43,183 nucleotides of DNA. Origin: Octopus bimaculoides (lineage: Eukaryota). Below, piece after piece: positions 22,440 through 35,169 of the stretch; positions within the stretch are counted from its first letter, which is position 1, and the number at the start of each line of letters is the position of its first letter. The translations under genes and the position numbers were made by a program. The stretch covers positions 137,175,739 through 137,218,921 of the forward strand of contig NC_068983.1 in the NCBI RefSeq assembly GCF_001194135.2, given 5' to 3'. The notes under the pieces were generated by a model. The model did not search any database and had not been told where the DNA came from. It worked only from the letters and a program-made list of their open reading frames with translations.

Positions 22440-24355
22440 ACTTGTGAGTTATATATATGAATAGATCTTACTCTACGACTGGGCACTGGAGGAGGAGAGG
22501 GAGACTAAGATGACAAAAGAGGTATATTTTACTATTTATTACTGTTTCCTTTATCCAGAGAAGATAAAATCACAAATGTAACCCAAGCTAGAAGAAATGT
22601 ATTCACTAACATAAACAACTACATGCACTGACATCAAATTCTCAGAATCAACAAGTTATAACAAATCTAAAACCCAACCTAAGTGGAGCAGCGTCACTCA
22701 TCTTCCCCTTCATGCACACCCTCAAAATTTTTTGAAAAGTTAATCAACGACATCACTAACCCACACATCCTCTTCTGCAAAACTACAACACTGATTCAGA
22801 CAACTACACTCAATCACCGTTCTACTAACAAACTTTAAAAAAAAAAAAAATAATAACTCAGTGGTTTTAACTGCGATAGCCGCTTACATATATCATTCAA
22901 ACTACCACTGACATGAGCTAAGCTATAGACTTCATTCTTACAAAAATACTCAAATACATCTTAAGAAACAAGACAGAAAGTCGGTTAGCAAACTACCTGC
23001 CAAGCTACCAAGACTTATGCCGTATAAGAACTCTTCACAAACCTGCAATTTTCTGAATAGTGTACCACAGAGATCTGTCCTCTCACCCACTCTTTACAAC
23101 TTATATCTCCACGAAATATACAATCTCTTATACAAGTGACAACACTCTCATATCCTCTCACCATTCTTCAGACACTGCAGTACACCTGCGCCAACCTTAT
23201 TTATATCCACAGAAACCGAGTTCTATCACGAAGGTAATGGAGACAGCTATTAACAAAAACGTTATCCAACACATTGAATCCCTGTCTTCAGTGACCACCT
23301 GTGTGGCTTTTGCTACTCTCTCTTTAAAGAAATTTAGTGAAGGTAATGTTGCCCAAGGCAGCAAAATTTTCACAGAATCTGGAATGCAAATATCTTTTCA
23401 AAATTTCCCGCCTACAAGCTCCACCTCACTCTTGTCTCTTGGATCGGTAATTTGTTATCAGATCGTACCATCACAGCATGTGTTGGCGAAGCACTTTCTA
23501 TTCAATTCTTAATCAACTCTAGTGTTCTTCAATGTTCCATTTTGTTTACCAATCTCTACCTTCAATACATCACTGGCCCACTTGCCACTTATCCAACAAT
23601 GTCCACTCTTATGCAGATGATACAATCTTTCATTTCTCTCTAACATTTCCCAACTATGCATCATCCACACGCAGCCTAGACACCAGATGCCTAACATGCA
23701 CTGATTTCTTAAACGGAGTCCTAGAGAGCATCCTACAGAGGGGACATACCACCCTTGTCCCTTTTAACAGAAAAAAAATACATACTGCATCACACTCACA
23801 CTGAATATGAGTGGCATCAGTTAGATCCCTCAGTCACTCCAAATGCTGGACCTCACTATCACCGAGGATCTCAACTGGCAAAAGTCCAACCTTAGCATAG
23901 CTAGGACCACATCCTAAAGACTTGCCCTTCTTTTCAAGGCCATAAATATTTCAGTTCCTATCAGCTGCGACACTCTATAAGACTCAAGTGGGACTTACAG
24001 TGGAGTACTGTTCCTACATCTGGGACGGTGCTGCTGCTACGCACAGAGACATCCTTGATTGCATCCAAAGAAGGGTGGCTCGACTGATTCGCATTCAGTC
24101 ACTAACAGGCACGCTCCAGCCTCTAACTCACAGACATACTGTCGCCTCTTTATGCCTTTTCTGTCATTACTATAACGGCCCCTGTCCTTTGGAGTAGGTT
24201 AGTTTCGTGTTTCCACTTATGTTTTGCACCTCTCGGCACTTTTGTTGTATCTAACCCCCTTGGCCTCGCACTAACCACTGCACCACACCGTCTGCAGCAA
24301 GCTTCAACCCTCACAGTCCTTGACACTACATGAAAATTCATCTGCTTAGATAAGT
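22440..24355 (+). mobile_element. Old CR1/L2-group LINE ORF2 remnant
   Basis: NVHSYADDTIF (YADD 23610-23621); VEYCSYIWDGA..LDCIQRRVARLI..LQPLTHRHTVASLCLF..YYNG typical of this group's RT thumb/C-terminus; many stops and frameshifts. Confidence 0.8.
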
Positions 24356-24502
24356 ATAAGGATCATAATAAGAAATAGCTCAACATCAATAGCCTTAGTG
24401 ACTCCAAACATTTCTGGGATACATACCACCAACAATAAATGCAGAGAAACAGTAACAGAAATACTGGAATCTACTGGATTACACAAATAGATTGGACACG
24501 TG

Positions 24503-24534
24503 AAAGAGAGGGAGAGAGAGAGAGAAAGAAAGAA

Positions 24535-24592
<58 letters not shown>
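24503..24592. repeat. (GA)n microsatellite
   Basis: Direct. Confidence 0.95.
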
Positions 24593-24593
<1 letters not shown>

Positions 24594-25414
24594 AATATGT
24601 CCAGACTGCCATACGGGTTCATTAGGCATGCTCCAAAACGGAGTTAGTGTAAAAAGGATAAAGGATCGATGGGTCACGCCTCGTTATGCGACTTTTCGAC
24701 AAGGATTGATCTAGTGTCATATAATAATAACCACAACAGAGTTATAGGGACGCACTAGACAGAAGAAATATTCAGAATGTCAAATTGCAGCTCATATGGT
24801 AAACTACTGTATGAAGGAGCGTGTAGTAAGATCCTGCAGTACTCGATCGTACTCAATTGTGTTATCGTATGCAGTGAAATCGTGGAATACTGAATCTGCC
24901 GACTGTTCCTAGTCGTTCGACGATCTACATAAATGCCATAGGATTGATTGTTGCTATACAAGCAGCACAGTTTCAGCATGGCCAAGTTTATTGTATGCTT
25001 TCTCTCCTATCTCATAGAAGTAGTGTCTCAGTTGGGTTTAAAAGCTGTAAAATCTAAAATTAAAAAATATAATTTATCATGAACATTTCTATGTATTCGC
25101 TCAACAATGCGTTCGTTAACATTTTAACAAGTTTTAGCAATCCAACGCTTTTACCGAGATTTCTCAACGCGCGGTCCCAGGAATTTTTCGAAGGGAGGGC
25201 ACAAGGCCAGAAGGGAATATAATTCCAGGACAAAATGCATAACATTATTTAGAAGGACGCACTTCTTTTCGGGAGGGGGGAAGGGAGACACGTGCCCCCC
25301 CCCCCTCGGTTTCTCAGTAAATGTAAAAACATCTCCAGAGTTGTGTCTGGAGCTTGTTTGAAATAAATGAAAATTCAATATTATCTATTATTTAAATAAA
25401 AATAGCAATGGAGT

Positions 25415-25580
25415 GACGAATTGTTTGAATGTTGGTTAAAATGTCTTGTGATATTTGTTTCGGCTCATAATATCCTGAGTTCAAATCTAGCTGAAATCAA
25501 TTTTGCCGGGATCAAAAAATAAAGTAACAAATGCTGGAGTGTATCTGTTATTTTCAGGCCCTGTGCATAACTTAGTTGTT
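25415..25580 (+). mobile_element. SINE family A, degenerate
   Basis: AAAATGTCTTGTGATATTT..CCTGAGTTCAAATC..GGATCAAAAAATAAAGTA..CAGGCCCTGTGC. Confidence 0.55.
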
Positions 25581-27584
25581 AGTTTCCCCCCTCTCTCTCT
25601 ACATATTGAATCCCACTTTTAAATGTTCCAAATATTAAATATGCTTTCACTCAATATCTACCATGTAGATAGTGTTTCAGAACTACCAATATGTTCCACA
25701 CTAAGAGAATTAAAAGGTCCTGCTTCGTAATAATGGTAGTTTCTCACATTTGTTGATACAAGGCTTCAGATTTATGGACGGGTGTCACCAAGTGAATTAA
25801 GTTCATGATTTGCAATTATTTGTGTGCGCTACAGAGAAATAGATAATGTTACAAAGTATATTTTGGTAATTTGTGTACAAGGAAAATTTACAGAAAGTGA
25901 CCTAAATCTATCTTTAGTAGTTTAAAGGGAAGGGTTGTTATTGCTAAAATGTTGATTCTCTTCACACCATGAGCAGAAGAGGCAAAAACAGGACAACTTG
26001 CCAGTGACCCAGTGGTTATTCATGTTGTACTTTCCAACCACATACAGACTCTCACTATAATAAAACTGGCATTGTTATAGTTAACACAACTGAATAACAA
26101 TAATAAATAATTGTGCTATTCAAAGAATCAAGCTGCTATTGTTGATATTGTTATTGATAATTTCAACTTCCACAAAATATCCAGTTTCATTTTCCTTCAA
26201 TTTCCTATTTCCCTATCAATTATTTCGACATTTCAAATAAACAGTCAAACAATAGATATATATAATTCATCAACACAGAAACAGTTCGTATGGTGGAGAG
26301 GGAGGTATACCAAACAATTCTTATAAAATGAAGTCACCGTATTGTGTTTTGCGGGGTTTTCTTTTCTTTATTATTGTGGGGTAGCTTCTGTTGAAGTTTA
26401 GAATGCATATAGTTGCTATGCGTTACATGGGACGTTGACACGCTACTTGTGTTATTTAAACACTGTATCTCTCCTCTCTCCATCCTCATTCTGCTTTTTC
26501 TATAACACCTCCCCTCTTTCACACTTCAATTTCCAGGTTACTTCTTTCTGTTACCTCTCTCTTTAATCTTACTACCCATCTTTTTCTCTTTTCGCTTCTC
26601 AATCTCACCCTCCAACCCTTTTCTATTTCCTCCTTTTCGTACTCTCACTTCGACCTCATTCATGAAAGACAGGAGGGGTTTGCTTTTTAGTCGCTTCTTA
26701 CATGAAAATATCTTCGTTGAGAACTGGGGCAGTTGTATACAATCTACTATCAAATACTCGAAAACGGTTTACTTGTTTGCTTAATTTTCAAATTAAGTTC
26801 CACCGATTCCTTGGTGATATAGCGAAATGACAGATAACATTTTTACACCAATGGATATACTTTTACAGATAGCTCGACCTATTAAATGTCACAGCCTAGT
26901 CACCTTCTGTTTTAAAGATATAAACTACGTAGTTTCAAACATACATTTTAGAACAGTTTATTTATAATTTTTAAAAAATGGTCACAACCAGAGAAATAAA
27001 TTACTCCACATGCTGTAAACGAAAGAGCACCAGACTAGATGAGTTACAGTATCTTATTGTAAATCTTATACTCATTGAAACAATTACGATTTTTATCAAT
27101 AGCAGCAGACCTACTCTGTCGTCTGCTTAAACACTACCCCTGGCTCATGGCTGCCGTTAGCAGAGACCACTCAGTTGCAAGCATTCCCCTCACCAGTCTC
27201 GAGGGTTGGAGGCTCTATAAAAGATCATATTCACTGCCCTCGCCCCGTCTCTGATTAAGCTATATATATATATTTTAAAATATTAACAACTATTAATAAT
27301 CCACTTAGTTTATTCTTACAAAGTAGAAACAGCGCGAATCTATTTGTGTGTATGTACGTGTGCGTGATCATTGTATTTTTCTTTTATCACAAACCTCAAT
27401 GACTTAATCGATAGACAAACGGACAATCAGCCAAAGGGACAACATTCAGTATTCTGTACTGTGTCAACAGTGAAGGCGCTTAACTCTTAAATGGCCCAGC
27501 CTACTTAACTGTAATAAATGGAAGTGAGAATTTGAATGAATTTCTGAAATAGAACAAACTCAAAATTTTGAAAATACGGAGTAT

Positions 27585-27725
27585 AGTCGATTGAAACGGT
27601 TCAGTACACTACTGGTACTTATAATATCAACTCCAAAGAAAAGACAATTAAAATTTCCTGCAGTGGGATTCCAACTCAGAACAAAAAGAAACATGGTTAA
27701 GTACTGTAACTAACAACATCGTGAG
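27585..27725 (-). mobile_element. SINE family A, degenerate
   Basis: TAGTCGATTG..CTGGTACTTATAATATC..GGATTCCAACTCAGAAC. Confidence 0.5.
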
Positions 27726-27903
27726 CCAACGAGGAAGCCTACATGCTAGAAATACCAATCACATCTCCCTTTCAAATTACAACTAACATTGAACTAAACA
27801 ACAGCACCACTACCAACACCGATATAAACAACACCGCATCACTGTTATCACTTTAATTTTTATACTGAAATCCCTTAAAAGGATCTGTGTAACAATATTT
27901 ATT

Positions 27904-28125
27904 AGGAGTGGCTGTGTGGTAAGTAGCTTGCTTACCAACCACATGGTTCCGGGTTCAGTCCCACTGCGTGGCACCTTGGGCAAGTATCTTCTACTATAGC
28001 CTCGGGCCGACCAAAGCCTTGTGGGTGGATTTGGTAGATGAACACTGAAAGAAGCCCGTCATATGTGTGTGTGTTTGTGTATCTGTGTTTGTCACCCCAA
28101 CATCGCTTGACAACCGATGGTGGTG
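27904..28125 (+). mobile_element. tRNA-derived SINE family B, 3'-truncated
   Basis: AGGAGTGGCTGTGTGGTAAG (A box)..GGGTTCAGTCCC (B box)..CCTTGGGCAAGT..(GT)n; a decayed second fragment lies near 40270-40370. Confidence 0.85.
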
Positions 28126-28803
28126 AGTTTCAGGACGATATAACAATACTTCTGGACCGAATCGCCTCTCTTTAGACGATATGAACCTTATGAAAATCCA
28201 ATACCACCATAATTATGTAACAAGGACATTCAACTACTTTAGAAAACAGACAAACTCGAATTGCCTAGCAAACCAAGTCACTGAATAACTAGATCACAGA
28301 AGCACACTATAATTATCAGTTAGTGTTAACATATTTAATGTAACGAGCATCGAGGATACACTTTCTCTTATCAATTTATTAGCATTTTGAAAGCTTACAG
28401 CATTAACTATGTGAGCCTCCCCTCCTCGCCCCACTTAACTATCTGTCTTCCATCTTGAAAGCATTTCTGGAAGGTTTATCCATGTCACTATTTTAGATTC
28501 CGTAGTTGGAGAATGATTTTCACTCAAAATGTATAAATTCTGTCAGTCATTCTAAGGCTTGATGTGTGTGAGTAAGAAATCAAATAACACCGAAGAAATC
28601 AAATAACACTGAAACATGCATGGTGTTTCACCGTACTTACTAAATTCAGACTCACTGCCCCATTGCATGTCCTACCTATTTCATTCCACTTTTTTATCAG
28701 TTTGAATTTTTATGTTATTTCCCTTGCATTTCTTGGTAAGAATTTTCGTTAATGCTAATAATTTATGTTTTCATTGCGGGTGTAATTTTAATTGATTAGA
28801 TAT

Positions 28804-29091
28804 TGCCAGTGCCACCGAACTGGCGCTTGTGCGGGTGGCACGTAAAACACACCATTTCGAGCGTGGTCGTTGCCAGTACCGCCTGACTGGCCTTCGTGCC
28901 GGTGGCACGCAAAAGCACCCACTACACTCTCGGAGTGGTTGGCGTTAGGAAGGGCATCCAGCTGTAGAAACTCTGCCAAATCAGATTGGAGCCTGGTGTA
29001 GCCATCTGGTTTCACCAGTCCTCAGTCAATCGTCCAACCCATGCTAGCATGGAAAGCGGACGTTAAACGACGACGATGATGATGATGATGA
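28804..29091 (+). mobile_element. SINE family C 3' half with internal 67-bp tandem duplication and (GAT)n tail
   Basis: Units start at 28804 and 28871; then GGCGTTAGGAAGGGCATCCAGCTGTAGAAAC..CCATGCTAGCATGGAAAGCGGACGTTAAACGACGACGATGATGAT. Confidence 0.8.
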
Positions 29092-29769
29092 CACTAAACA
29101 TGTTAGCCCATCAGTTGACTATATAATTAAGTTAACTGGTTAGTGGTGAAAGGCCATCCAGCTATGAAAACATTTCTTCAAACAGTATGCAAAAGTTTAA
29201 ATTTCTAAACACCAGCATAAAAAAAAATGGATAAACGTAAAACAGACCACCACCAGCTTCTTCGAACTTCTTTTTCTTACTAGAAACCAAAAAGCACCCA
29301 GAAAATCTTCTCAATCTAGTTCTAAACAAACAAAAGTTTTCGTTAGCCACAATGAATCATAAAGCCAGTTGGAAGAAACGAAAGAGAACTGTCTACCACA
29401 ACAGAGAAGAACCTTCTGTTGGTGATTTTAAAAGATGATGATTTTTATTAAAAATAATAAATAAATAATAAAATGTTATATATAGATGGGTCACTAAAAT
29501 TCTAATAGAAAGTCTATAGAAATTCCATAACTTGTTAATATGTTTTCTTTGAATTCTGTATGTGAAAAATATTTTCGAAGTAAGTTGTGGGAAAATGAGA
29601 AGTTGTAGCCAGAAATGTAAAATTGATAAAATAGAAAAACTTTAAGTGAAGGGAGATAACTGAGAAGTAAAACTTCATTAATGGTAAGTATAAGGTTTTC
29701 AAATTACTATTCGTTTCCCATCATTTGTGTTCATTATCATTTAATATCACGATACCTCTTAAGTCGAGG

Positions 29770-29935
29770 CTTGACTTGCCAGAAATAGTAACTAAATATC
29801 CCTTTGATTATACCCTTTCGTATTATATAAAGATATACGTGAGATACTGTAATCCTATATATCCGTTCAAAGATGATGAATATAGCTGATCAGAAGTTCA
29901 CTTGACCAAGAGACCTGGAGCTAAACTGCAACAAT
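29770..29935 (+). mobile_element. Old interspersed repeat family D, copy 1
   Basis: GACTTGCCAGAAATAGTAACTAAATATCCC..TACCC aligns by eye to 33120-33180. Confidence 0.55.
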
Positions 29936-30504
29936 AACAGAGGCATCAATACTGCTTAATCTTTTTTTACAAAGAGAAATTCAGCCTTTCTCTACTTAAA
30001 ACAAAAAAATTAAATAGTCAACGTTTGATTATTGTTGTTGTTAAGGTTTAATCATACCGATGATAAAAAGATCATAGACGTTCCATCATTGACCCTCTCA
30101 TCTTTTTCATACTCGGTGTATGTAGAATTACATAATTGAATGTATCCTTCCCATTTTTTAAAGAAAATACATGAGTTGAAAGAGATCTGGCTACTATTTT
30201 TAGCAGGTCGAGCGACCACATAGAGGCTAGTAAATTGGTGCGTCAGGTATGTAAAGCCAGAACGAGTTACTAAATACAAATTCTACACTATTTCCATGAA
30301 ACTCACCATGTTTTATTTGTTGAATTAATTGTAAATTGAGTAGTCTGTCGCTTCTTTTATAACTACTTTTCAAAACTAAAGAACTAGGATTTTCAACATG
30401 TTCTGTTTCAGTCCTAACAGCACTTTAAAATATTGGTTTCAATATTACTTCTCTTAGAAACGCCAAACTTCAATCTATTTTTTAGCATGATGTTTCCAAC
30501 AGAA

Positions 30505-30720
30505 ATATTAGTTTCTAATTTGGTACAAGATCAGCCGTTTTGAGGGGTTATGTAGTAGTCGATACCTATGTAAATGACTGGTGTTTTATTTTATCGATTC
30601 CGAAAGAATGATAGTCAAAGTCGACATTGGCAGGATTTGAACTCAGACCGTAAAGATACAGAGAAATATTACAGATAATTTTTTTCTGGCGCTCTAACAA
30701 CTCTACCAGCTCACCTCCTT
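30505..30720 (-). mobile_element. SINE family A, near full length
   Basis: Reverse core plus head CCAGCTCACCTCCTT; degenerate TSD in element orientation ATTCCTGTATTGGAAA / ATTTCTGTTGGAAA. Confidence 0.8.
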
Positions 30721-31352
30721 TTCCAATACAGGAATAGATTATGTCAAGCTGATTTGCACTAAATTTATGTCGGTATTTTACAATGCTATTATTTCTACTC
30801 GTAAAAGCTGGTAAAATTATAAAATTTTCGGAAAAAATTCAATGCTAAAACGTTGGCTATTCAATTTTTTTATGTTTTTTTTGTAAAAAGTATTAAGCAG
30901 CATTGGGATCTTTTCCCTTTGGCCGGCACATTTAAAAAATAATTTTTTGTAACTAAACACTTTCAAAATTCGTATACTGGTAGAATGTGTCACATAAAAC
31001 ATCATTTACTTTTGGCGTTTTTGAGAAAATTGTGTATTTTCGAAGTTATATCGTATTAGAGTTGTTGTATTTCGGAAATTTCAACCAATCAATGACGTCT
31101 ATTGAGGTGAAAACAATTACTACTGTTGTTTGTCAACAACAACTTCCAGCGGTGTATATCACTGTTATTTATGACATATTTAATCTCAGTTACGTTTGTA
31201 TGAATAAACGAGTGTATCTGAAGCATGTTTACTTCATGGCACCACCACAGTCGTTCGTGCATTTCTACTGTTTTTAGTTTTTTTTCCTGTTTTTCAGCTA
31301 CTGTTTTCGGAAACACTTTATTGCTCCCCCCTCCAATTTCTTCATTTTTCCG

Positions 31353-31475
31353 TAACTCTAACCCTAAAACCACAACCCTAACCCTAAAACCTCAACCCTA
31401 ACTCTAACTCTAAAACCCTAACCCTAATCCTAAAACCCTAACCCTAACTCTAAAACCCTATCCCTAACCCTAAAA
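31353..31475. repeat. Degenerate interstitial telomeric repeat (CCCTAA)n of the outer MITE (continues 32224-32266)
   Basis: CCCTAA/CTCTAA/CCCTAAAA variants. Confidence 0.9.
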
Positions 31476-32223
31476 GGATCTTTGGGGTTTGACGGGCAAC
31501 ATTTTTTTTTGTAGTGTTTTTGGTACCGAAACACTTTCAAACTTCAAATATTTGTATATTTTGTGGTATATAACAGATAAAAAATTTTGTATTCGAAGTT
31601 AATTTATGTAAAAAATTGTCGTATTTCGGTAATTTCAACCAATCACTGACGTCTATTGAGGTGAAAACAATTATTGCCGTAATGGTGTCATGGGATCTTT
31701 TCCCTTGAATAAAATTAGTCCCGTTGTTTGTCAACAACTACCCGTGTTACTCTTATTTATGACATCGTTCGTGCGTTTGTACTGGTTTTAGTTTTAGGGT
31801 TAGGGTTCGGGTTTTAGAGTTAGGGTTAGTTTTAGGATTACGGTTAGGGTTATGATTATTTTTGCCATAACATTAACTCTAACCCTATAACTCATAACCC
31901 TAACCCTAACCCCAACCCTAACGCCCGAACCCAAACCCTGAACCCTAACCCTAAACCCTTACTAGGGAATAATGATATAATTAAACAGGGAATAACACAC
32001 TTGACACCGAACAGCAGTAACTGTATTCAGCTGAATAGACGTCAGTGATTGGTTGAAATTACAGAAATACGACAACTTTAACATGAAATAACTTGCGATG
32101 TGCAATTTTTTGTTAAGAAGGTTAAGAGAAGAAGTTGTTTTATATGACACATTCTACCAGTGTCCCAAGTTTGAAAGTGTTTCGTTAAGAAAACAAATGT
32201 TGCCCGTCAAACCCCAAAGATCC
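31476..32223. mobile_element. GGATC-ended foldback MITE (Merlin-like), inner nested element
   Basis: Perfect ~29-bp TIR GGATCTTTGGGGTTTGACGGGCAACATTT; perfect 8-bp TSD CCCTAAAA (31468-31475, 32224-32231). Confidence 0.92.
31787..31960. repeat. (TTAGGG)n - spacer - (CCCTAA)n at the centre of the inner MITE
   Basis: TTAGGG variants 31787-31852, CCCTAA variants 31875-31960. Confidence 0.9.
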
Positions 32224-32579
32224 CCCTAAAATCCTAACCCTGAGCCTATAAACCCTAAAGCTAAAACCAGTACAAACGCACGAACGATGTCATAAATAAC
32301 AGTGACAAACGAAATATACACCGCCGATAGTTGTTGTTGACAAACAACGGCAGTAATTTTATTCAGCTGAATACACGTCATTGATTGGTTGAAATTACCG
32401 AAATACGACAACTTTAACACGAAATAACTTTAAAAATATAAACTTTTCTCAACAACATTCATTGTAAAAGATGTTTTATATGACACATTCTACCAGTGTC
32501 CGAAGTTTGAAAGTGTTTAGTTACAAAAAATTAATTTCTCGATGTGCCGTTCAAAAGGAAAAGATCTGATGGATGGATT

Positions 32580-32785
32580 TGAGAAGCCAAATTTCTCAAG
32601 ATTGGTATTTAGGCAGTGTGCTACATATCCCAGGGGTTCCAGTAATTACAGGTATAAAACTGAACATGTAATCTGGATAGAGTAATTGCAGATTTCTCAA
32701 TAGTTCAGCACAGGTGTTCTCTTTTTCACTGATCTTCAGGTTTATGTTAACATCCGCTGGGCAGCTAATTTCTACAACTGTGCAG
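32580..32785 (-). mobile_element. REL-endonuclease (Dong/R4-type) LINE extreme 3' fragment
   Basis: CTVVEISCPADVNINLKISEKENTCAELLRNLQLLYP..FIPVITG matches the E/D-x-x-x-P..K.x.EK..Y..L REL motif. Confidence 0.75.
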
Positions 32786-33099
32786 TGTGTGTGCGTGCGT
32801 AGGTAGGTAGGTATGCATATGTGTGTATGCATGTATGTATGTATGTATGTATTTATAAGAACGTAGACCCACCACCACATGAGTAATAATCATGTTTCAC
32901 TCGTTTCTTATCTTGTTTCTTCTTTTTTGCATCAGTTGTTGAGAAGCAGGTTTTCCTCTTGAACAGGACATTTATTTACAAAAGGTTTCACGTAATGAAT
33001 TAATCTAAACTATGCTACATTAATTGATGAAACATTTGTCAAACATACATCCAGCCTCTTCTTAGGACAATGTCTTCCACTCATATCCTTATACAGCGA

Positions 33100-33310
33100 G
33101 TCATCGAGGCAACCTGTACGTGACCACTCGAACTGGTAAAAGTAGCAACCAAATACCCCTCATATCACACCCACTGTTTTAAAATAGTCCACATTGCATA
33201 ATCTTAGAATCTCTGTGCCAAAAAAAAAAAAAATACAAGATGCTTACAGTGAGAATAGCTTTGATCATAGATTTTCTTGATCAAAGCTAGCCTCGAAGTG
33301 ATTCAACAAT
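33100..33310 (+). mobile_element. Old interspersed repeat family D, copy 2
   Basis: Aligns by eye to 29770-29935. Confidence 0.55.
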
Positions 33311-34439
33311 AGTCTAATACCCAGTAGTGAAGTTAGTCGAGGGTTCATATTTTGTCACCAGTACTACCTTGATTCCATGGCCAAAACACTTAACTTTAAT
33401 ACTTCAATTAACATACAAAAAGTACATCGTTCTATGTGGTAATAGTAGTAATAACAATGTCGACGACGACGAAGAGGAGTAGTAGTAGTTTTGAGAATAG
33501 TTATGTTACCAGTAGTGACATAACTTACAGGTATTTTCTTGAAAGTATTGATGGAAGTTATGATAGTTGCTGAAAGGAATAAAAGTTCGATTAAATTTGT
33601 TAATAGAGTTATCTCCCTTGTACTACATCTAAAGTCATTTACCTGCTGCTGAATAGCAATAGCTGTGATCTAAAAACTGTGTATAATTATATAACATTGC
33701 TTGCTTGATTTTCAAATAAAATTCCTCCAGTAAGTGAAAGTATACAACGAAGCAACTGTATTTTAACAAGGAAGGTTCTTTGTAGACGCTCAGATTTCTA
33801 GATATAGCAACCAACTCTCATTAGATCGTCTTTAATTATGGAGTAAATCTTCATTTATCACACCGGCAATGACAATTTAATGACCGCATCTATGATTTCA
33901 GTTCCCAGAGAGCAATGAAAAGAAGACAATAGAAATGTTATGTGAAAATGATTAACAAAACATAGTTATGTCAATGTGTCGTGAGAATAACCGGAGACAA
34001 ACATTTCGAGGTCTTTCGTGAGAGGAAGAAAAACAAAACAATACAAATGAAAGGCCTTTTACCTATACTGTTTGTTGTTATTTCTTTTTGTGACATAGTG
34101 TTTTTGTTTATGCTTCTTCCGAACCGTGGATTTGCGGAATAGGGAAAGCGACGGACAAAATATTTTGTGGTATTTAATTACGATCCTGACTCAGTCGTCG
34201 TCGCTTTATCTTTAAATGTGTATAAATAGCTAGCTTAAAGTCTTATCGTTATGGAGATGAAATACCTGCTTAAAGATGCCTATTTTATCTTTCATTAATA
34301 ACTAGTAAGTAAATGATAATGGGTTGCATGACTATTCCATGCATTATACTAAATTAATACTCTGCTAAACTAAAGAATTGCCTATGCATATGTATTTCTA
34401 TATTAATAGTCGAGCAGGTAATTAAACCAATAATCAACA

Positions 34440-34885
34440 AATTTGAAGTCGGCAGTTTCTAATGTGCCACAGGTGCTGCGTTGTATCAATGATCAGGAAA
34501 CTTACTTTTCAACGGCTCCGTGTCTCTCACCTACCAGAGTATCGACGATAAGCGCCAACCTCTTGGCAAACACTTTAGCTAAAATCTTCAGCTCTACACT
34601 TAGCAAAGTTTCGGGCCTGAAGTTGTTAAAATCATCTCCCTTGTTCGGTCCTCTCTCAGCAGCACCACCACACCCATTTGCAGGACTAGTAATTCTTCCG
34701 TTCTTTTACCAGTTGTAGTGGACATCTGTCAAGAGGCCTCCGAACAAGTCTCGTGAAGACAGCTATCATTTCCCGTGTTTTGTCAGCTGTTATCGACCTT
34801 TCGCAGAATTCTGCATCCTTATCCACAAGCTGCAGCAAAATGTTGAGGTAGGCGGTAAAGTTCACCACCATCTCTGATCTACCAT
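34440..34885 (-). mobile_element. Tx1/L1-clade LINE RT N-terminal fragment
   Basis: NKGDDFNNFRPETLLSVELKILAKVFAKRLALIVDTLVGE, the L1/Tx1 'NFRPITLLN.D.KILAK.LA.RL' block. Confidence 0.85.
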
Positions 34886-34916
34886 ACACACCAAACAGTT
34901 GAATGCTAGCATAATA

Positions 34917-34953
<37 letters not shown>

Positions 34954-34957
34954 TGGT

Positions 34958-35154
34958 GGTTTCAATTTCTGACACATAGCCAGCAATTTCGGTGAGGGAG
35001 GGAAGTCGATTGCATCGACCCAGTACTCAACTGGTACTTATTATATCGACCCCGAAAGAATGAAAGGCAAAGTCGATCTCGGCGAAATTTGAACTCCGAA
35101 ATGCTGCTAAGAATTTTTCTCGGCGTGCTAACGATTCTGCCAGCTCACCGCCTT
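34958..35154 (-). mobile_element. SINE family A, near full length
   Basis: Head AAGGCGGTGAGCTGGCAGAATCGTTAGCACGCCG on the minus strand; short internal deletion. Confidence 0.9.
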
Positions 35155-35169
35155 AATAATAATAATAAT

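Larger units (their letters stand above)
30906..32567. mobile_element. GGATC-ended foldback MITE (Merlin-like), outer element
   Basis: Termini GGATCTTTTCCCTTTGGCCGGCACAT..TTTTTTGTAACTAAACACTTTCAAA vs reverse complement at 32505-32567; long inverted arms; internal CCCTAA tract; TSD not preserved. Confidence 0.85.

Noticed and set aside
31353-32266. True telomere or chromosome end
   Set aside because: The repeats are short, degenerate, internal, and bounded by TIRs and a TSD.
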